A DNA stretch of 64,000 bases from contig JAZLAM010000022.1 in the NCBI GenBank assembly GCA_045613125.1, positions 7,227 through 71,226 of the forward strand, written 5' to 3'. The number at the start of each line of letters is the position of its first letter. Positions within the stretch are counted from its first letter, which is position 1. The notes beneath the pieces are model-generated. The model did no database searches, was not told where the DNA came from, and saw nothing but the letters and a program-made list of their open reading frames with translations. This DNA is from Alphaproteobacteria bacterium (GTDB lineage Bacteria > Pseudomonadota > Alphaproteobacteria > RF32 > CAG-239). This document shows positions 59,173-64,000 of the stretch, piece after piece. The position numbers were made by a program, and so were the translations under genes.

Positions 59173-59681
59173 TTTATTATACCACATGCAATTCTTTTTC
59201 CGCCTCCGCCTAAAGGCAGTGGTGTGTCTTGATAGTTATCAGCTCCCTCATGAATGATAATTGAGCGATTTTTAAAATCTTGTACTATCCTGTTTTTTAG
59301 ATAAAATTTAGCCTTAACCGTTCCGTCTTTTTGGGATGTTAAATATGGTAAATCTCCCAAATGTCCGTTAGCATTTGGTCCGAGATGTTTACCTGTTTTG
59401 TATGGATCAAAGTGAGGACCTGCATTTATAGCATATTCAATTTTACCATTTTTATTCATACCTGATGAACAATCCGGATTTTCATGCACATGAAAACCAT
59501 GATTACCTGGTGATAAATTTTTTAAATTTACCTCAACCAATAGACCTTTACCCGTATCTTTAAGCCAAACAGTTCCTATTTTTGTTTTGTTTATTTGAGT
59601 TGAATATATATCAGATTTTACACTTTGTTGATGATTTGCACAAGCTGATATTATAAAAAACATTAACCAACCATATCTCAT
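59169..59681 (-). CDS. sodC: Periplasmic Cu/Zn superoxide dismutase
   Basis: Signal peptide. Copper ligands GFHVHE. C-terminal GGGGKRIACGII. Confidence 0.85.
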   Translation of the reverse strand: MRYGWLMFFIISACANHQQSVKSDIYSTQINKTKIGTVWLKDTGKGLLVEVNLKNLSPGNHGFHVHENPDCSSGMNKNGKIEYAINAGPHFDPYKTGKHLGPNANGHLGDLPYLTSQKDGTVKAKFYLKNRIVQDFKNRSIIIHEGADNYQDTPLPLGGGGKRIACGIIK

Positions 59682-59744
59682 ATTGTTCTCCTTTACATCT
59701 GATATAATAAAATGTAAATATTTTACAATATGGCTTTAGTTTAG

Positions 59745-60250
59745 TGCAGAAAATAAACCATTGTCATGCCTCGATTCCGCCAGGAATCGTCAAGGCATCT
59801 TCCGATTAATTAATTTGAAGCCCCCTTGACCTCATTTCATTCGGAGGGGTGACGGTAAAAGTGTCTTCATTCGGAGGGGTGACGGTAAAAGTGTCTTTAT
59901 TCGGAGGGGTGACGGTATTATTTTTCCGTTCAGAGCGGTGACGATTATAGTAAAAGTCATCGCTCGCTGAGGCATTTATGCCGAATGCGTCCAGCGATCT
60001 TCCGCTTAGTTTTTTCCCTAACTAACACCGCTTCCGATGAGAGTTTTTTTAAACTAATTTGAAGACCCTCTGATTTTGTTCGTTTCACTCACAAAAAGGG
60101 GTGACGATTTTTGTTTAAAATAACCATTGTCATGCCTCGATTCCGCCAGGAATCGTCAAGGCATCTTCCGATTAATTAATTTGAATCCCCCTTGACCTCA
60201 TTTCATTCGGAGGGTGACGGTAAAAGTGTCTTTATTCGGAGGGTGACATT
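59745..60250. repeat. Large cluster of RPE-like modules including a ~125-bp duplication and 30-bp tandem repeats
   Basis: 59755-59880 closely matches 60118-60240 (aaccattgtcatgcctcgattccgccaggaatcgtcaaggcatcttccgattaattaatttgaa.cccccttgacctcatttcattcggagg(g)gtgacggtaaaagtgtctt). About 3.5 tandem copies of (c/t)attcggaggggtgacggtaaaagtgtctt. A D-module variant at 59966-60010. Confidence 0.8.
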
Positions 60251-60348
60251 ATAGGGAGTGCAAGCAAAAAAGGGGCGTTTATATGTGATAACAAAAAACT
60301 CCGTTGTCAACAACGGAGTTTTTCTTAAGCTTAAAGCTACATACTATA

Positions 60349-60981
60349 TTAGTAGTATTTCCAAGCAACTGCGTTGCCAGATGATGTATCGCTACAATAA
60401 GTAAGAGCGTTCTTAACAGACATCGGTGTGTCGTTACCCTGAGTACCACCAGGTGTAGCATAACCTGAACCACCTGCATCGCCTACATATACCTCTGCTA
60501 ACAAACCAGCAGCATTACCATCTGATGCAGCAGCAACAGCTATCAAACCGGAAGCTTGACCTGAACCCCAGTCACCTGTTGCGATGGTTACGCATGCTTC
60601 TTGAGAAAGACCGCCATATTCAATAGTGAAAGCTCTTGTTGCATTATCTGTACCGGTATTAAGAGCTGCAGCTGCAATTGTAACTTCACCACCGAAAGCA
60701 TTAGTAATTGTTGAATTAGATGCACTTGTAAACATATCATTTGGTACAATACCAAACTTTTTAGCATCTTCGTTCGTCAAACCATCATAATCACCTTGAG
60801 CAGAGAACAATGTTCTGATGTTGGCTACCAACATAGAAACTTGGTCTGTAGTTTTGTTGATTTTGAATTTGTTCATAGCTTTTGAATAGCCGGCAATACC
60901 ACCAACGGATAACACACCGATAATTGCCAATACGCCGAGCATTTCAACCATTGAACGACCAGATTCATTTGTATATTTCAT
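60349..60981 (-). CDS. Type IV pilin-like protein (class III signal)
   Basis: MKYTNESG|RSMVEMLGVLAIIGVLSVGGIAGYSKAM is identical over ~29 residues to the pilin at 50899. The C-terminal domain is divergent and Gly/Ala/Thr-rich. Confidence 0.7.
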   Translation of the reverse strand: MKYTNESGRSMVEMLGVLAIIGVLSVGGIAGYSKAMNKFKINKTTDQVSMLVANIRTLFSAQGDYDGLTNEDAKKFGIVPNDMFTSASNSTITNAFGGEVTIAAAALNTGTDNATRAFTIEYGGLSQEACVTIATGDWGSGQASGLIAVAAASDGNAAGLLAEVYVGDAGGSGYATPGGTQGNDTPMSVKNALTYCSDTSSGNAVAWKYY

Positions 60982-61298
60982 AATTACATTCCTTATTAAT
61001 AAGTTAAAATAAACTTGACCTTAAACGGTCAACCGGAAACTATGATTTGCAGTTTCCACATAGCACTAAGTCTATCTGATGTCATACTAACAAAAAAATA
61101 TTAATAGTCAAGAGATAAAAAAGACATATATCTTAAGTAATATTATCGCATAAAAATCTGTAACCACCTGTTTTATCGCTTTTAAATATGAAAACGTTTT
61201 ATATATACCTCAGGTATATATCTTTTTTTGTTAAAATATTTGCACTGGACAATGTGTTTTTTTTGTGCTAACATACATAATGTATAAAATTTACAATT

Positions 61299-61769
61299 AT
61301 GAAGAAAATTATGTTATTGGTTATCGTCGCTCTAGGAGTGATGTTAACAACCACATCTTGTGGTGCTCAAGCTTATTGTGGTTATCAACCTGTTGGCTCG
61401 TCTTATGTCCCCGGTTTTTATGGAACATATCAGGCAACGCCTCCATCTCCAACCGGTTTGTTTGTAAAAAGCAACAACCTTAAGGAATCTGGAACTTATG
61501 TTATCGGTAATTCTTATTCTCCGACTAGGCTTCAGTGGGTTAATATGACCATAGTAAAAAATGGTTGTCTTGTCTTTGTTTATGATTCTGCGAATCAGCT
61601 GATTGCTCAGTATGACTTAAGAACTCCAAAACAAGACGTTTGTGACATTTTCCAACCTACAGGTTACACAGGAAAAGCCCTATCGGTTACCGTGTGTATC
61701 TATGGCGGACGTGGTTATAACGCAGTTATAGTCAGAGATGGAAATGCGCAAGAAGAGTACCATTTGTAA
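61299..61769 (+). CDS. Lipoprotein, hypothetical
   Basis: Signal with lipobox (LTTTSC|G). Confidence 0.45.
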   Translation: MKKIMLLVIVALGVMLTTTSCGAQAYCGYQPVGSSYVPGFYGTYQATPPSPTGLFVKSNNLKESGTYVIGNSYSPTRLQWVNMTIVKNGCLVFVYDSANQLIAQYDLRTPKQDVCDIFQPTGYTGKALSVTVCIYGGRGYNAVIVRDGNAQEEYHL

Positions 61770-61855
61770 AAACAGATTTTTCTGTTTATGAGAAAGAAGG
61801 GTGGCTTTTGCTACCCTTTTTTATGTTTATAAAAAAATCGGCAGATGCCCTGAAT

Positions 61856-61950
61856 TAAATCGCTCGATTGCGTTCAGCAATTGTCATACGATCTTCAAAT
61901 CAGTTTTTAATCGGGAGGTCCCTTGACGTTTCTTGGCAGAAACGAGGGAC
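61856..61950. repeat. RPE-like repeat (D/B/C module variants)
   Basis: atcgctcgattgcgttcagcaattgtcatacgatcttcaaatcagtttttaatcgggaggtcccttgacg is related to the 16.1- and 59.9-kb elements. Confidence 0.65.
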
Positions 61951-61999
61951 GACAAATTTATATTTTTCGAAAATGAAAAATAGCACTTTTATTATTGTC

Positions 62000-62248
62000 T
62001 TAATTAAATATCACAGGATTATTTTCTGTTTTATTTTCTCCACTTACATAAATGTTGTTTTCATAGGCATATTTAAACACTTCTTTTGCAAATGCGTCTT
62101 TTGCCATACCAACCAAAAATTTCGCCTTTTCCATTTTTAATTTATCAAGCGTTTCTTCCAAAGCCTCAAAGCTTTCATAAATGGTACTGACAAACATAAT
62201 ATTTTTTTCTATCTGAGATGAGTTGTCGTCTTTGCCTATATTTTTCAT
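62000..62248 (-). CDS. Hypothetical protein (82 aa)
   Basis: ORF only. No motif recognised. Confidence 0.3.
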   Translation of the reverse strand: MKNIGKDDNSSQIEKNIMFVSTIYESFEALEETLDKLKMEKAKFLVGMAKDAFAKEVFKYAYENNIYVSGENKTENNPVIFN

Positions 62249-62364
62249 AATTTACCTCGCATAATTTTGTTAATAATGCTATAAATTATACTTACCATAA
62301 CAGAAATTAAAGATATAAACAAAGCTATATTGACAAGTCTGATTTTTAAAATCGAATCGAAAAA

Positions 62365-62559
62365 TTAAACCAAATAACGTTGGGGATGTGCTTTTGCATG
62401 ATGTGTTTTAACAGATTTATCAGGTGTGATATACTTATTTTTTGACCACTTATCTACCAATGTTTCAATGATATCGTCATCAATCATAACTTCATTGTTA
62501 AGCGGAAATCTGTTTAATAAATCGTGTATGATATATTGAGCAACATTTACTTTGGTCAT
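62365..62559 (-). CDS. Hypothetical protein (64 aa)
   Basis: ORF only. No motif recognised. Confidence 0.3.
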   Translation of the reverse strand: MTKVNVAQYIIHDLLNRFPLNNEVMIDDDIIETLVDKWSKNKYITPDKSVKTHHAKAHPQRYLV

Positions 62560-62694
62560 TTATTCCTCCGTTATTACAAGCACTTATATAATCAAAAGTT
62601 TTTTTAGTAAAAGTAGGCATAAACTAAAGTCTATGTTTATAAGTGTATTTTTATATTAGGTTATATGTTTTGGCTCTTGACATCTTTTAAAAAA

Positions 62695-62709
62695 GAACTA
62701 AAATAGAAC
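62695..62709 (+). promoter_or_regulatory. Alphaproteobacterial-type LexA box (GAAC-N7-GAAC) overlapping the lexA promoter
   Basis: GAACtaaaataGAAC lies ~25 bp upstream of the lexA start. TTGACA at 62677-62682 and TAAAAT about 16 bp downstream form a sigma70-like promoter whose -10 overlaps the box. Confidence 0.65.
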
Positions 62710-62735
62710 AAAATTGTTTAATAAGGATATACTGC

Positions 62736-63392
62736 ATGCTCACCGAAAAACAATATAAACTATTGATGTTTATCAACAAAACAACTAAAGAAACTGGTTG
62801 TTCTCCATCTTTTGATGAGATGAAAGATGCAATCGGCCTTAAATCTAAGTCAGGAATCCATTCGCTGATAAATGCCTTGGAAGAACGTGAGTTTATTAAA
62901 AAACTTCCTCACAAAGCTCGTGCTTTAGAAGTTGTTCGTATGCCAAAGTTTAAACCCAGAGCCATAATAGAAGAAGAAAAAAAACGTGAAACTGCTTTGC
63001 AAAATTCGGCAGCACAAATCCCGTTTTACGGCAAAATTGCCGCCGGTATCCCAATTGAAGCCATCGCTGATGAAACAAGAACTTTAAGTGTTCCGTTTGA
63101 GATGGTTGCAAGAGGTCAATTCTACGCTCTTTCCGTTGAAGGAGACTCTATGATAGAAGCTGGCATTTTTGATGGGGATACTGCCATAATCAAGAAAGTA
63201 GACACTGCTCATAATGGGCAAATTGTGGTCGCTTTGGTCGACAATCAGGAAGCCACATTGAAAATTTTACAAAAAAAAGAAAACGAGGTTTGGCTTGTTC
63301 CGTGTAACAAAGAATATCAAACCAAAAAGCTCGATGCAAAACGTGTTAAAATTCAAGGGATTTTAAGCTCCATTATACGTAATTATAACTAA
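62736..63392 (+). CDS. lexA: SOS repressor LexA
   Basis: N-terminal winged HTH. Cleavage-site region. S24 peptidase Ser/Lys dyad (GDSM ... K). Confidence 0.9.
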   Translation: MLTEKQYKLLMFINKTTKETGCSPSFDEMKDAIGLKSKSGIHSLINALEEREFIKKLPHKARALEVVRMPKFKPRAIIEEEKKRETALQNSAAQIPFYGKIAAGIPIEAIADETRTLSVPFEMVARGQFYALSVEGDSMIEAGIFDGDTAIIKKVDTAHNGQIVVALVDNQEATLKILQKKENEVWLVPCNKEYQTKKLDAKRVKIQGILSSIIRNYN

Positions 63393-63407
63393 AAGTTTTT
63401 TATCATC

Positions 63408-63986
63408 TTAGCGTGTAGCACTGATACTATCTAAAATTTTTTGGGCTTCTGGTGAAATAATCACTTGGATTTGGTTCTTTTTATCTTGATTATCACTTGC
63501 AACTGTCGCAGAATTATTGAGTTTTGCCTTTACCCTTGCTAGATTTTGTGCGTTTGGATTTGAAACTATGCTAAGTAATGCTTGCTTATCTTTATCTTCT
63601 AACTTGCTAAGAGCAACTTTTATATCGGCACCTGCCGAAATAAGCTCTCTTATAATTTCTTTCTTCATTTCTTCTTGATTGCTCGGTGTTCGTATCAGAT
63701 GTACTAAAGCATTGTTACCATTTATATCCGTTGCGTTTACATCAGCCCCATTTCTTATCATCAGAGCTATCATATCTTTTTTATCTTCCATTTTAATTTC
63801 CGATGAAGATGCAAAGTTTAACAAGGCGTTTTTTCCATCATTGTCTACTTGGTTTAAATCTGCCCCCATTGAGAATAAAGTATATGCAACTTCAAAATTT
63901 TTAGCTGTCATCAAAACAGTTTTACCTTCTTTATCCCTAGCATTCAGATTGAAGCCCATGCTTTCCCAAATTTTTATCTCATACAA
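63408..63986 (-). CDS. Ankyrin-repeat protein
   Basis: At least four ANK repeats (G.T.L..A......V..L...GADLN..D..G.NAL). This is typical of effector repertoires in intracellular symbionts. Confidence 0.75.
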   Translation of the reverse strand: MYEIKIWESMGFNLNARDKEGKTVLMTAKNFEVAYTLFSMGADLNQVDNDGKNALLNFASSSEIKMEDKKDMIALMIRNGADVNATDINGNNALVHLIRTPSNQEEMKKEIIRELISAGADIKVALSKLEDKDKQALLSIVSNPNAQNLARVKAKLNNSATVASDNQDKKNQIQVIISPEAQKILDSISATR

Positions 63987-64000
63987 ATTTTTAGAATCCG

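Noticed and set aside
59857-59950. Possible mini-CRISPR from 30-bp tandem units
   Set aside because: Units are directly abutting with no spacers. They belong to the dispersed palindromic repeat family.

Overview
This is a low-GC (~30-32%) window from an alphaproteobacterium, probably an intracellular Rickettsiales- or Holosporales-like symbiont. Support for that placement: (1) an FtsZ with a long acidic C-terminal linker; (2) a PhoB-like response regulator; (3) a GAAC-N7-GAAC LexA box in front of lexA; (4) an ankyrin-repeat protein; (5) type IV pilin-like genes; and (6) a family of modular palindromic intergenic repeats that resemble Rickettsia palindromic elements (RPEs). The housekeeping backbone has four parts: (1) pta-ackA; (2) a compacted cell-division cluster mraY-ftsW-murB-ftsQ-ftsA-ftsZ; (3) ettA, rpmJ, tRNA-Met(CAT) and lepA; (4) an ffs (SRP RNA)-dnaX-ybaB-recR block followed by lpoA-like/rsmI/yraN, phoB-like, rpe, bfr-like, sodC and lexA. 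Between the tRNA and about 45.8 kb lies an AT-rich accessory tract. It holds (1) small phage-like overlapping genes; (2) a type I restriction-modification operon (hsdS-half, hsdM, fic-HTH, hsdS, hsdR, ygjP-like) with at least five unrecognised genes nested inside it; (3) a higher-GC integrative module (large serine recombinase, DUF2924-like, replication-like protein) with a putative att-like palindrome cluster; (4) an iteron-like tandem array plus helically phased short repeats upstream of a canonical fic; and (5) two diverged direct copies of a low-molecular-weight protein tyrosine phosphatase bracketing the tract. A separate operon encodes a ~1200-aa beta-strand-rich adhesin-like protein with a prepilin-type N-terminus. 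Two further type IV pilin paralogs with identical N-termini lie elsewhere in the window.
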